Assembly: GCA_951406725.2 (NCBI GenBank) | Contig: OX597814.1 | Span: forward strand, 155,000,001-155,064,000 | Origin: Octopus vulgaris | Lineage: Eukaryota | DNA length: 64,000 nt | Direction of reading: 5' to 3' | Part shown: one piece after another, positions 40,110-53,938 of the stretch | How positions within the stretch are numbered: position 1 is the first letter of the stretch | How the letters are laid out: the number at the start of each line of letters is the position of its first letter | Program-made: the position numbers and the translations under genes | The notes under the pieces: generated by a model | Told to the model about the DNA's origin: nothing | Database searches by the model: none | Seen by the model: the letters and a program-made list of their open reading frames with translations, nothing else

Positions 40110-41985
40110 CATTCATGGCTGTTGAAGTGCCTACATCTGGCGAAAGTACCTACTACCTTAATTGGTGGTATAGAGAGACTCACAAAGACATGGACAACAA
40201 TTTTTAGCCTTACTACTGAGAACAGAATAATTGTTTTTGATAGTATAGTCATTTCAAAGGGAATATTGCAGGGGGATATTCTTTATGTACTTCTTTTCAT
40301 TTTGACACTGAATTCATTATCGTTCCTACTGCAAATTGTTACATGCTAGGATCTTCAACTGCTAGAAATATCAATGTAACTCATAATTTCTTTGTAGACG
40401 TCCTGAAGATTTATGCTAAAAGTGTTAACAATGCCAAAAAACAACTGGAATTAATAACAACATTTTCAGCTGATATAAGCATGGAGTTTGGCCAAAAGAA
40501 ATGTTCATATTTGGTTATAGAACGAGGAAAGTCAGTCCCCCAAACCCAAAGCCTGTGCGTCAACGGTCTCTCTGTCTCTCGTATTCCACACAAAGAATGT
40601 TACAAGTACCTAGACATAGATAAAAATATTTCACATGAAGGTATTTTGAATAAAGCTAGAGTGTCCCGAGAATATTACACCAGATTTAGGAAAATATGGC
40701 AGTCGTAACTCTCCTCTTACAACAAAACAATATCCCACAATGCATTTGCAATACTAATGCTGATCCCAACATTTGGGATACTTAATTAGTCTGTAGAGGA
40801 AATTCACTCCAAAGATATCAAAACCCTCAAAATCCTGACAACGACTGGGAACTTCCTCAGAAACAGTGATGTTGACAGGCTCTACCAAAGAAAAAATGAA
40901 GGTGGTAGAGGCCTGGGATCAGCGCAGGCGGCCTTCGAATGCCGTATTGTATCACTCAAGCAGCACCTGCTAAACAACAGCAACAAAAATAAATATATTA
41001 ATGCAGTGCTGCAAAGTGAAGTGAGCAACTTTTTACGAGTTGGCAATGAGCTCCTCAAGAAACGCTCTCTTCCTGATGATCTCCTATACAGCCTCAAAAC
41101 AGGTGGGCTATTTTATCTCAGAGAAGACCTAGATGGAAAGCACTCAGCATACAAAAAAAAAAGACTATGCAAGGGAATAGTCCGGAAAAGTATTGCCCGG
41201 AAGCTTGAAGAAAACAGTAGAATTGACACGAAGCGCAGCCGCTCTTGGACACAAGACCACATCGCATCACACTTTTGCAATCCAGGAATAGAAGATTGCT
41301 ATAAAGTACCTATAAAGTAAAGTGAACAGTAGAGACAGTGACGCTCTTGTAATCCCAAGGTACAACCGCATGTGCAGGCTATGTCATGTTTCTGTGGAAG
41401 ACATCACGCATGTGATTAGCAGCTGTCCTAAAATGTCGTCACGGTACTACCTCCCGATATGAAACGACGCTGCTGCTAAAACAATTCACAATGCCATCCG
41501 CAAAAAAGACTGTCCTGAAATAAGCTTAGAAAATCCCTGTAATGGAATACATTCATAAACATCAATTCAAGAAATACTGGTGGAATATTTTCATCAAAAC
41601 TTGTATTAAATGTAAACATAATATGCCAGATATTGATCTTCGGGATAGAGGGGCAAAGGTGTGTATCATCACAGAGGTCAGCTGCCCAGCAAATATAAAA
41701 ATCTGCTTCGATATCCAAACTATGAATTCATATTCATACCAATAATAATTGGAGCACCAGGTTTTGTTAGTAAATGCTTTAAGGAAAATCAGGATAAACT
41801 GGAATTTTCAGAAAGAAAAATCGATCGGCTAATTCTTACATTACAAGTGCAATCTGTGAGTGGAACAATACAAATATACAAATCTTCTCTCAAGTTACAT
41901 ATGTGAATTTGTCTATGTTAACTACATCCCGAAGATGTGCACAGGGCTAAGTAAATTGGTTTGGCATCTTAAAGACAACAATAAA
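40110..41985 (+). mobile_element. Decayed 5'-truncated R4/Dong-like non-LTR retrotransposon (RT + CCHC + restriction-like endonuclease)
   Basis: KGILQGD (RT5), HNFFVDVLKIYA (YADD region), DISMEFGQKKC, YKYL, GGRGL, CRLCHVSVEDITHVISSCP, and HNMPDIDLRD..IITEVSCP (PD-(D/E)xK); many frameshifts and stops. Confidence 0.85.
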
Positions 41986-42275
41986 GATTTTAAGTTAGAT
42001 TGGTTCATCCTGTCCGTATCCTTTCCTTAACAGTTAGTTTAACTTGCACTTTACTTCAATAGAGAAATCTACTTCTAAGCCTTTGAACATTTTTTCAACC
42101 AACGTATCCCTCTTTATTAGTTCTCTACTTATTATTTCTTTAACCCTTCTCTTCCTAGTATCTGTCTTTGACGTCAAATCTACTAACGTTTTTTTTAAAT
42201 ACTTAACGTTCTGTTTATCATTTAGGCAGTCATCGTAATTGTTATAATGTCTTGTTGTTGAGATAGGCTCTCTTT

Positions 42276-42357
42276 CTTTCCTGATGAGAAGATTGCATGT
42301 TACACCGTTTATTCCTTTGGAATAAAACCATGTTGTCTTCGAAACTTATGTCGAAAG
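42276..42357 (+). ncRNA. Type I hammerhead ribozyme, perfect core
   Basis: CTTTC-CTGATGA-GAAGAT..(CATG..TTTATTCC/GGAATAAA..CATG)..GTCTTC-GAAA-C-ttat-GTC^GAAAG. Confidence 0.85.
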
Positions 42358-42537
42358 TAAAAGAATTTTAATAACATCTTCGTTCAACTTCATTTATTTA
42401 CTTATACCACACATTAACCCGGAGTTTTTACCTTTGAATAGGTCACTTCATCCGTGTTATTTGGGTGAATTTTGTTACCCTGGTAACTGTTTATTGAATT
42501 TTCCATGTTAACGGTAAACAAAGGATAATTCATTCAT

Positions 42538-42599
<62 letters not shown>

Positions 42600-42665
42600 A
42601 TATGTTTGTGTGTCTGTGTTTATATATATATATATATAAATGCAAAAATGCATAAATAAACGGCG

Positions 42666-42728
42666 TAATGGTACTGTTTAGTTTCAAACCTTTAACGATA
42701 AAACTGACTGCTTCCAAATTGGCGGTGC
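42666..42728 (-). ncRNA. Rearranged hammerhead relic, family C (CUGANGA segment lost)
   Basis: GCACC-GCCAAT..TCAGTT^TTATCG-ttaaa-GGTTT-GAAA-CTAA; supplies the GAAA that is mutated in the 1817 copy. Confidence 0.45.
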
Positions 42729-43175
42729 AAGCAAAAAAAATGTTTTCTTGCGTAGAATTAGGGACAAGAGCAAACAAAACGAAACAAAACAAGCAAAACG
42801 ACACATATTTAGGACGGTGGACGAAGACAAACAGTCGAACACAATACAGCCTTAGGGTCAAGGAAACGAAAATAGTGGGTAACGCTTCGAAAATGTCTTG
42901 AAGGATGGATAAGAGACAGAATTTGTGACTGGTCCGCTAAGGGACAAGTCTAAGAAAGGAAGAAAAAGAGGCACTAGCTGATCACATGATAGCAGCAGGC
43001 AGATGAAAAAGACAGCAGGGAGACGGAACAACAGAGAAAAGAAGGGGAGTGGATGAAGGGGAAGGAGAAGGGCTAGGAATACAAGAGGGAGAGAGAGAAG
43101 GAATGAGTAGAAAGGCTAGAATAGAAGTGATAGGGTAGGAGAGAGAGAGAGAAAGGGGGAAAGAAAGAAGGCAAA

Positions 43176-43226
<51 letters not shown>

Positions 43227-43414
43227 TATATACATGCATATATATATATATATATATATATACATACATATATATATATGTGTGTAAATATATATATGCA
43301 TATATGGGTACAGGACGTCACAAAACGTAACATGAAATACGAAAACAAAGTTGTGTACGCAAACAACGGGAGAAACAAATAGAAAACAAGACAAGTAACA
43401 TAAAGAATGACCCT

Positions 43415-43491
43415 TCATCAGTTGTCAGCTGCCCATGTACTCTTCGTTTCAAGCATTGAACGACAATATGAAACTTCGAAGACAGTTGCTC
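43415..43491 (-). ncRNA. Rearranged hammerhead motif, family B, core boxes intact
   Basis: GAGCA-a-CTGTC..TTCATA^TTGTC..TGCTT-GAAA-CGAA..GGCAG-ct-GACAA-CTGATGA; one CpG-type mismatch at 16.2. Confidence 0.7.
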
Positions 43492-43852
43492 CCGTGAATC
43501 AAAATTAAATTTGGGATTTGCGGAGGATTTGCGGAGACATACAAGGAAACCGAACGAAAACAATCATGGAAGGTCGTTAGACCAGACGAGGTAATGTAGC
43601 GAACGCTGGAGAAATATTGTCTTTGACAAGAGAAAAGATAGAAGAGGTGATAAATAAGATACGTGCAGTCACTACAACACTGAAGAAACGAAAGAGGGAC
43701 GATGGTCACGTTGAGCAACGAGAGAGAGATAGAGTAAAAGAAAAAGAGCAAGAGAGAGAGACAGTAAAGGAGAAAGAGAGACAGACAGAGAGATAGAAAA
43801 CGGCGAAGGGGAGAAAATAATAATTAGAGAAAGGATGAGAGAAAAAACGATT

Positions 43853-43931
<79 letters not shown>

Positions 43932-44024
43932 CAGTAAAGAGTTGAGTTGCATCAAAAATATTAAGATAAACTTACTTGGAAATAGATGCATGGCGTTCAA
44001 TCAAAAAAATAATATATATATATA

Positions 44025-44900
44025 CCAATAAGTAGCCGGACTGTTGCTATAGTAACGAAGCTAAAGCACGCAGAGTAAACCCGCTGGACAAAGATTGACC
44101 TTGAAATCTGCTGTGCATTAAGTCTTTTACGTTCATGCGCATTAAGTTTTTACGTTCTAGCTCACTTCCGCTGTTTACAGCAGTGCTTGGAAGGAAGAAT
44201 AACGTATGATCGTCGCATTGACCATGACAGAGAATGTTGTCATGTCGATACCTGCTCAGAGGCCTATGCAAAGTTGCAGAAGGTGTATGGAGAGGGCGGT
44301 GTGAGCCGCACACAAGTGTACGAGTGATTCAGACATTTCCAAGATGGCCGATAAAATGTCGATATTGACGAATGTTCAGGGATGCCCGTAACCAGCAGAA
44401 CTATGAAGAATATCGCAGATGTGCGTGCAACTGTGAGAGGAAATCGTCGAATCATCATCCGTGAGTTATCAGAGGATGTGCAGGTTATTTACAGTTCAGT
44501 TCAGTCCATTACCACTGAAGATGATGAAGATATGAGACGCGTATCTTCCAAGTTTGTCCCAAAACTGCTTTCAGCTGACGAAAAGGACATTCAGGTTTCA
44601 GTCGCACAAGATCTTCATTCTGTCGAGAACAATGAAAACATTTTGAAAACTTTGCATAGGCCTTTGAGCACGTATCGCCAAGCTTTAGGCTAAATTTAAT
44701 GCAGATTCTCTCCTCAAATTTCTGTCATGGTCAATGCGATGATCACACTCTAAACGCCTTCCTTCCAAGCACTGCTGTAAACAGCCGAAATGAGCTAGAA
44801 CGTTGAAACTTTGTGCACATACACACCAGAGTTCAAGGTCAATTAACTCTGCGTACTATAGCTTCGTTACTATGGCAATAACCCGGCTATTCTTATGGAT
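44025..44900 (+). mobile_element. Internally deleted mariner element with long (about 200 bp) inverted ends
   Basis: AGCCGG..GCTATAGTAACGAAGCTA..GCTGTTTACAGCAGTGCTTGGAAGGAAG..CGCATTGACCATGACAGA is inverted at 44718-44895; internal HTH remnant ..NRRIIIRELSE..MRRVSSKFVPKLLS. Confidence 0.85.
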
Positions 44901-45989
44901 CAGACCGCGCATACACACACACACACAGACACACACACACGCACACACACACACGCACACACACACACACACACACATGTTATTGATTATACATATATAT
45001 ACATACATGCATGTACATCCATCTATCTACACACAGCACACACACACTCACACACATGTACGAATAACAACACCGTCTAACCCACACTCATACACACAGA
45101 CACCCATGCGTATATTTGTGCTTTCGTTTTTGAATATGTATGTATATTATACATGCTCAGTTTTTGAATATACATGCTCGTTTTTGAATATGTATGTATA
45201 TTATACATGCTCAGTAACACAAGCTCAAACACAAAAATATATTACGTGTCTTATTTTGTAAATGCGTACGCATTATGATCAGAGTGTGCATATTTAAATG
45301 CTTGTATGTTTGTATATATGTAAATACGTATGTACGTACGTATGTATGTATGCATGTATATTGACACACGCTTATTTGTATATTTATATTTGCATATGTA
45401 CATATACATGCCTGTGTGTATTTGTCCAGGAAACTGTCGTCGAATGATACTAGTTCATTTCCGTTTTGCAGTTGCTGTAAAAAAATTTAAAATTTTATTT
45501 ACATTACACCTATCAGCTATTAACAGTAATGAAATTCAAGAAGCTAAGTAATTAATTAATATAACAGAAAGTACTACTGTGTCGTGAGATTAATAATTAT
45601 ATCAATTACTAATTAATTTATTACTGATTAATTTATTGCCCAAATTTGTTGAATTCGTTAAAGTGATACGAAGTTATTATATCGACTGCTACACTTGTCT
45701 TGATATGTATGAAACCTAAATATCATTAGTTTAGTAACAACAAACAAATACACTTACATCAAAGTGAAATTGAGAAAGCATGGTATTTCAGTTGCTCTCA
45801 TTCAGTCAGAACAAATATATACACAACATCATTTCACATAATATATACTCACTCTGCTACACCTTCAATATATAGCTATGCGCACGCGCTTTATTTCCAC
45901 ACGTACATACAAACATACAAATATATGCATGTATACATACATACATACATACATACATACATACATACATACATACATACATACATACA

Positions 45990-46023
<34 letters not shown>

Positions 46024-46173
46024 CATACATACATACATACATACATACATACATACATTCAGTCATTCATTCATTCATTCATTCATACACACGTACATAC
46101 GTATATACATATATGCACAATTTTTCTGTATATACACATATAATTGCATATATACAGGCATATAATAAATCCA

Positions 46174-46214
46174 TCAGCCGAAATTGCGAGGATGATCCGG
46201 TTCTTGACTAAAGA
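46174..46214 (+). ncRNA. 3' half of a family A rearranged hammerhead (G5 mutated)
   Basis: CAGCC-GAAA-TTGC..GATCCGG-t-TCTTGA-CTAAAGA. Confidence 0.5.
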
Positions 46215-46297
46215 TTGAAGGCTTCGAATGTCCCATCCGTGTTTTTTGTGTCATCATCAAAATGTTTTGCGTTCTTGTCCCTGTTTGTATTTTTATA

Positions 46298-46372
<75 letters not shown>

Positions 46373-46709
46373 TAAAAATATACATAATTATATTTATACA
46401 TTCAAACGCACATATATACACACTCCACTCGCACACACGCACATACACACACACACACGTGCACACAAACAGACCACCACCATCACCACCACCACCACCA
46501 CCACCACCACCACCACCACCACCACCACCACGCACCGACATACATATATCAGTTTTGTATTTTATCTCCTCCATCCGTAGCTGACTATTTATCAGTCACA
46601 GCTAAATTCGAACGTTTCGTCTGACCAAGTCGGTGGTAGGAGTACAGATCTGTATGTTGCGAGAGCAAATAATAATGACATGAGGTCGTATTAAAAATAT
46701 TCTCTATTA

Positions 46710-47192
46710 CTGTAAATCCTCGAGTATAATCCGCATTTTTTCCCAAAATTAAATGTCAAAATCCCTTGTTTCTAAGCAATGTCCGAGTCTCTATTTGCTG
46801 TCCGGCAATGTTTATTCAGACGTATTTTGTGATGTCGGGCGCGAAAATACCTTAAGCTAAGTCTGAAAGCAATGAAGTCATAAAAGAATCATCCATAACT
46901 TGCAGTAAGCAACATTTATTAAAATAAAAGTATTCAGAACACAGAATAACATGTAACAAAAACAATTTGCAAATATATTTACATTCCCGTATAACAGTTA
47001 AGAACATCACCATTATTGTATTATGCATACGCGGAAGTGTTTGTTCGACTAGGTGCTGCTGGCTTAATTACGCACGACTCAAGTTAGAGAAGGGGTGCGT
47101 ATTATACATAAGGTTTGATTTTCAGAGGTACAGCCCCATAAAACTCCCCTGCGTATTATACTCAAGGGCGGACTATACTCGAGGATTTACGG
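46710..47192. mobile_element. Tc2/pogo-like MITE with TA target duplication
   Basis: TA|CTGTAAATCCTCGAGTATAATCCGC ... GCGGACTATACTCGAGGATTTACGG|TA. Confidence 0.85.
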
Positions 47193-48157
47193 TATATGCT
47201 GTATCGAAATTTCTTTTTCGTTATATTCTTCTTATAATGTCACAGCCTCGATTTATAATTATGTTTTGAAGTCTTTTGTGCTATAATACTCTCCATTGAG
47301 CCAGAAACACATGTCCATAGCTCCGAGAGAAAGCAGACTGTTTTTATTGAATGACATATTCTCAGGAATTATTGAGATATTCTCTAACGGCTATTCATGA
47401 TGTACACTGCTTAAAGATATCATCAAGTCTAGGGATCGCGCCCATGATTTTATGATCGAGAGTCAAACACCTTAAACGCCAAGCCACGCATCTACTCTCT
47501 CATCCATTCTCTCCCGTGTATATTTATACTTATACGTACCTATATATGTGTTTATGTATGCAACCATGCAAGCATGTTTATATGTATGCGTGTATGCATG
47601 TATGCATATACGCATACATGTATGTCTGGATGGATAAATGAATAAGTATCAGTTTGATTTTCCGACAAGGTGTGTTCAATTGTTCAATCAACCAAACAAC
47701 CAAATTCATTAAATTAGTGTGCATAAATGATAGTGTTCTACAGACATATCTACCCTTAATGTAATTTTCAGCCGAAATTCTCGTTACATTCGATGGGCTT
47801 GTATACAGTTTACATCTACTCAATTTCAAACAAATGCACAAGCTGCTCTCACCCTAAAGAAAATAATACCTGATGCATGCCATTGGGACTGTATCTTGTG
47901 ATTATGAAGCGAACTTCCTAACAATTACGCCATAACCGTCTACACACACATGCCCGCGCACACATACAAATACACACACACATATATAAATGCAGGGCAC
48001 TGAAACACAAAGAATGTAAAGAAGCCAATCACTTTGAAGTAAAAAGTAATTTGTAGAGGAACTGCTTTGAGAGAACAACTGATTCAATACGTCAAAGGGA
48101 AACAACAATAAATATTCCAGTGTACTATTGCTGCTGCTGCAGCTACTGCTTATTTTG

Positions 48158-48568
48158 TTATTGCCCACAAGGGGCTAAATATAGAGGGGACAAACAAAGA
48201 CACACAAACGGATTAAGTCAATTACATCGACCCCAGGGCATAATTGGTACTTAATTTATCGACCCCGAAAGGATGAAAGGCAAAGTCGACCTCGGCGGAA
48301 TTTGAACTCAGAACGTAAAGGCAGACAAAATACCTATTTCTATTTCTTTACTACCCACAAGGAGCTAAACACAGAGAGGACAAACAAGAACAGACAAACG
48401 GATTAAGTCGATTATATCGACCCCAGTGCGTAACTGGTACTTATTTAATCGACCCCGAAAGGATGAAAGGCAAAGTCGACCTCGGCGGAATTTGAACTCA
48501 GAACGTAACTGCAGACGAAATACTGCTCAGCATTTCGCTCGGCATGTTAACGTTTCTGCCAGCTCGCT
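48158..48568 (-). mobile_element. SINE family 2 with tandem-duplicated body
   Basis: Two copies of GACCCCGAAAGGATGAAAGGCAAAGTCGACCTCGGCGGAATTTGAACTCAGAACGTAA. Confidence 0.85.
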
Positions 48569-48597
48569 ACCTGCTGCTGCTGCTGCTGCTGCTGGTG

Positions 48598-48668
<71 letters not shown>

Positions 48669-49651
48669 GGTTTTATTAACCCCATGGCATGCAGATTTTC
48701 TAAACCTATATGCAGCATTATAATCACAAATGGTGCTAGAGTTCGAACTTAAAGGGTACCTATATGTTGGTAGTACTCGAAGATTCAACGAAAACTGTTT
48801 ATATTTGCCTTTTTTTCCCGTGTTTATTATTTTTAGATTTTAAGTAGAGTTGTTCTCCTCTAATTGCATATACACAATCTCAATCAATCGAAGTTTTCAA
48901 CTTATATTACATGTATAGTTGATCATAAATGTGATCCGAATACCAGTTTCTTCCGGCTCTTTATATTCTATGTTCAGGTTCCATTGAAGTCAACTTTGCT
49001 TCATGGTTGATAAAATATTCATCAGTTAAGCTTTGGGGTCGATGTAATTGGCTTACCCACCTCCCTTCAAAACTGCTGACTTGTACCAAAATTAGGAAGA
49101 AGTATTACAGTGTTCACACTAACAGCTTGTTACAAAAACACAGGCAATAATTGAAAGGGAAACGTACTCTGAAATGGAAATTGAATTCTCTATATTTCTG
49201 GATCTTATTTAATCATCCGTCAGGATTTGAGCATGGAACCTGGAGGGAAGAAACTTAACTTGTTTTCATAAGTTAATTAGAGAGCAAGGAAGAGTATCAT
49301 GGACTATACTAATGCGGACCTTCAAAGACTAGTGGAATCAATATAGTTAATGTTTATTAAGAGTATGTCTGGATGAAAAATAAGCGCACGAAGAAAATTT
49401 CAGAGGGTTGAAGCGTTATGTAGAGCGGATCGGGAAAATTTTTAACTCAGAAGTTTGAAGTGGAAGAGTAAGAATGACTAAAGGAAGAGACAGATATGCT
49501 ATACGGATCTGGGTTGTCGGGGTAAATGGCCAGGAAGTTTAAACAGAAAGAAAAGCCGTTTTAGTAGAAGAAAAGAAGTAAAGAAAAAAAGCAACACGTT
49601 TGTGAATCAGTGATGGAAACGCTTTGGTGAGAGAGTATTTATTTGTCAATG

Positions 49652-49694
<43 letters not shown>

Positions 49695-49703
49695 ATTTTA
49701 AAG

Positions 49704-49942
49704 CAGGGGTCTCAACAGGGGTTCATATGACCATTGGGTGGGATGAGGGTCACTATAAAATTTTATTGTTAAAATTAATGTGCAATAAATTGGTCATACT
49801 TCTATAGTACACAAAATGATTTAACTATTTCCTAATAATATTTAATTAAGAAAATTATAAGATCATTGAGTGGTTAAATGGTTCCCTCCTCGTAAAATAG
49901 GGATCAAAGCGGTCCGTACGTAAAAATGGTTAGGAACAACTG
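49704..49942. mobile_element. Decayed hAT-like MITE
   Basis: CAGGGGTCTCAAC ... GGTTAGGAACAACTG imperfect TIRs. Confidence 0.4.
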
Positions 49943-50328
49943 TTGTAAGATGTTAAAACTCGCGCACACGCGCAAATAAATACAGACAGACTGACAGACA
50001 CACACACACACACACACATACACGCAAACACACACTGATAGATAGGAACGTAGTTAGATTGATAGAAATAAACATATGTATGAAAAATACAACCGTTAAA
50101 CACAGTTGAATACGAGTTAATACCAGGAAGGACCATGCATTCGTAAATGGTTTTAGGCGCCCATATAGTCGTGAGCAAACACGGAAAACATTCACACTCC
50201 TCTCACTAATGACTAAGAAGGACATCCAGAAAGTGGCAGCAAATCGGGAACAAAAGACTGGTTTTACGCTTAGAACTTATATATATTAACTCCGACTTAA
50301 TGGAAGGCAAAATTTACTGTGTCAGGAT

Positions 50329-50418
50329 TTGAAGGAGCACACTGCATGTCGATGGTTTAAGAAGTTCCGGTCTGGTGACGTTACTCTTGAAAATCAGCCC
50401 CGTGGTAGACCTGAGATG
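50329..50418 (+). pseudogene. Mariner transposase HTH fragment
   Basis: TACRWFKKFRSGDVTLENQPRGRP. Confidence 0.75.
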
Positions 50419-50477
50419 AATGTATTTATATATATATATATATACTTTATTTTAAGCAGCAGAAAATTCAACAAAAT

Positions 50478-50515
50478 CTGTTACTCTGAGTTTCTCGTTG
50501 CCGTTCATCAGACAG
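50478..50515 (-). ncRNA. Minimal type I hammerhead (38 nt)
   Basis: CTGT-CTGATGA-ACG-GCAA-CGA-GAAA-CTCAGA-GTA^ACAG. The partial homolog at 52216-52246 has stem II ACG/CGT. Confidence 0.7.
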
Positions 50516-52115
50516 TTTTTGCTAGAATGGAACCGATATATCAATTCAATCTAGACTCTTACAAACGCTACACCTTTAAAAAGAAATGGACTTGTTTGAT
50601 TGGCCCTTTAGAAAAAACGGTCAATCTTCGAGCGATAAACAAAAAGGTCAAAAATATACGTATATATATATAAAAAAAAACTTATAAAAATTATAAAATC
50701 CGAGGAAAAAACCTTACATTGAATAAAACACATATTGACGTTAATGAAGAAAGTGCAAATTAATGCAATACATATTTATATTAAAATGTACATATATATA
50801 TCAACATACACAAAAGGATGCGCGCTAACGCCATACATATACAGACGTATGAATATAAATCTAAATATACACATAAATGCATGTGTACATATATTCACGC
50901 AAAACCATCTCGCACGCAAGCTAAAATTCATCTATGTAGCGATTCTCATATACTGAGTAAGGGGGGGAACGAAAGAAAGGGAGACAGAGAAAAAGGAACG
51001 AAGGAGGGGTGGGGAAAAAACGAAATAAGAAAACATTATGTATACAAGCTGTGTAACGGCATTATTGGCATATATGGAGACATGTATACAACCACAAGTT
51101 CGAATGGATACATATACATACAGTCGTGTATGTGTGTGCTTAAGCACAAACATACTCTCACTTACACATACACAGATACGCATGCTTACAAATACATATC
51201 CTTTGCTATACACATCAACATTCTAATTTTGACAACATTGCTTTTTTTTAAAAAAAACATTGCTTTTTTTTAAAAAAAATGGGTGCATTAATAAAAATTA
51301 AAATTAAAATTAAAATATATACGAAAGACATATAAAATAAAATATAACATCCTATTTTGGATCATTTATAAATAATCAAGGTAATATAAATAATCAAGGT
51401 AATCCTATACAATACAAAAACACGAAAACAAAGTCGGAGGTTTTTCCTAATGTATATGTAGAAACATAAGACTTTGCTATACGGATTAAGATCCGCATAG
51501 CTTGGAAACAAAATCCATCGTAGCGCTCATCGTTCAAGAGTCAAAATCAAAATCAAAAATACAAAATATATACTCTATCCATATGGTATATTTATATTCG
51601 ACATTTTAAATTTAGTCGCGTGCCTACATAAGTTCATTAGCTCACTTCTTTGATATATATATATATCGGTGTTTCATTTTCCTTTCATTAAATTATATTT
51701 TAATCTTTCTACTTTCTGTCTGTCTGTCTCTCCCCCCTCTCTCTCTTCCTCTCTCAGTCTTCTCGCTTATCTATGTTAAATGAATGCTGACTATCCCGCT
51801 CGCTTTCCATCAATATTAACTGGACGCGAGATTTAACGCTTTCTATAATTAAATACGTATTTACAAATATTAAATATATTCATTTGTAGATTGGATATTA
51901 TTTTTCATATAACATGTATTGGTTAATATATTTAATCTTAGCTATTAATATTTATTACACATACATATAGTACACAGATATGCTTAGCGAAGTACATATG
52001 TTCACGCATATCAACACATGTATCACACGTGTACTCATACATGTGTACTCATACATACTCATATGTATGTATGTTTAAATTACTAAAAACATACATTCAG
52101 GCATACACACACGCG

Positions 52116-52171
<56 letters not shown>

Positions 52172-52439
52172 ATGTATATTCTTTATTAAACCATCATAAA
52201 AAATATCACAAGAAACTGCTACTCAGAGTTTCACGCTCCCGTTCGTATTCTTGGCAGCTTTAATAATAAAGCATATTACTCTACCTGCGTGTTCGAGTAC
52301 TATTTTTTCCCCACCAGTTTCAGATCTATGTGCTTAAAATGTCATCTAAATTACGCAAAAATGAAAATAATACTGACAATTTCAACAGATATATACACCA
52401 AAATTACATAAAAATATCTTGAAATACTAAAGGGTAAAT

Positions 52440-52665
52440 TTATTCAATAAAATCGCCATTTGCTTCCACAAGAATTTCCTGCAACTCTTCTGAACGGTCT
52501 CCTTGTTTAAGTTGGAGAATGCTGCCATAATCTTTACCTTCAGTTTTGTTGGTCTCTCGTTCAACTGCGCCCCACACATAATAATCAATGGGGCTGCAGT
52601 GTTGGCAGTTAGGTGTCCAGATGTTAGGGTTGATGTGGTCGCAGAAATTGTCTGACAACCACGAC
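52440..52665 (-). pseudogene. Tc1/mariner (maT-like) transposase C-terminal remnant
   Basis: IWTPNCQHCSPIDYYVWGAVERE...ANGDFIE, a decayed WPPNSPDxNPxDYYVW motif. Confidence 0.75.
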
Positions 52666-53609
52666 TACATCTACCTAAACATCTAGCTAAACATCTAGTG
52701 GAATCACACCCTATCAGTGAGACTGAGTAGTTGGAACATCTTGCAAATCCCTCTCACGATTATATGTGTAGTTCAGAGAAAATAACTTGTTACACACAAA
52801 TTCACTTTGATTCTATCAGAGGATTATATTAAATTGTACAATCATCTGAGGAATGCACGGTCACCTATGCAGTAATACATCGAGTTATCAGTTCTGGAAT
52901 ATTTACTGTCAAAAGAGACGCAAAATACTTATACTTTTATGAGTTGGTTATGCAGATTAGAACGAACGCACACAAGTGTTTTACAAGTGTCTATATATTC
53001 ATATATGCTTATTGAATCGTGCATAAATGAATTATGAGGACTTGATGAACACATGCACGTGAATATGGTATCGGATGTATTATAAGCGCCTGAAAATTCG
53101 TGCCGTTCACACGTAAACACGCAAAAGAAAAAAAGAAAAAGAAAAAATGTATGTGTAGCAGGGCATATAATCAGAACATAAAACGATATTTAGTTGAAGC
53201 TGCACAATTACTGATGGGAAAAATAACGTACACGTCTCTTGCTATTAAAATAGAAAAGGGCTGTGTGGTTACAAAGCTCGTTTTGCAGTCACAGAGATTC
53301 GGGTTCAGCCCACTAGCTACTTTAGCCATATATGTAAATTCGGTGGACGGAAACTGGGAAGCCCGTCCTATACATACATACATATGTGTGTTTGTGTGTG
53401 CGTGTATATATATATGTGAGTGTGTGTGTATATATATATATATATGTGAGTGTGTGTGTGAGTGTATATATATATATATATATATAATACAAAATGGGAC
53501 AAGAACGCAACACATCCGGACAACTAATGATACAAAAAGGGACAACAAAACATCCAGATAGACGATACAAAACAAACAAAAAAAAAAACGGGTCATTCGA
53601 TGCTTTCTA

Positions 53610-53682
53610 TCTTCAGTCAAGAACCGGATCATCCTCGCAATTTCGGGTGACTAATCTTGAGATTGCTCCAATCTGGCCAGCC
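53610..53682 (-). ncRNA. Rearranged hammerhead, family A (CTGAAGA; single mismatches in stem II and helix X)
   Basis: GGCTG-g-CCAGATT-gga-GCAATC^TCAAGA..CACCC-GAAA-TTGC..GATCCGG-t-TCTTGA-CTGAAGA. Confidence 0.7.
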
Positions 53683-53818
53683 CCAAGGAAAAACTAAGCT
53701 AAGAGCATTAGATTCCTTATACATACACTAGTAATTATACATACACTAGTAATTATTCAAATATATACCGTTGAACATAGAAAGTAGGATATATGTATAT
53801 ATGTATATATACATATAT

Positions 53819-53908
<90 letters not shown>

Positions 53909-53938
53909 AAGTAAGCAACAAGAATATCTTCAGTAATT

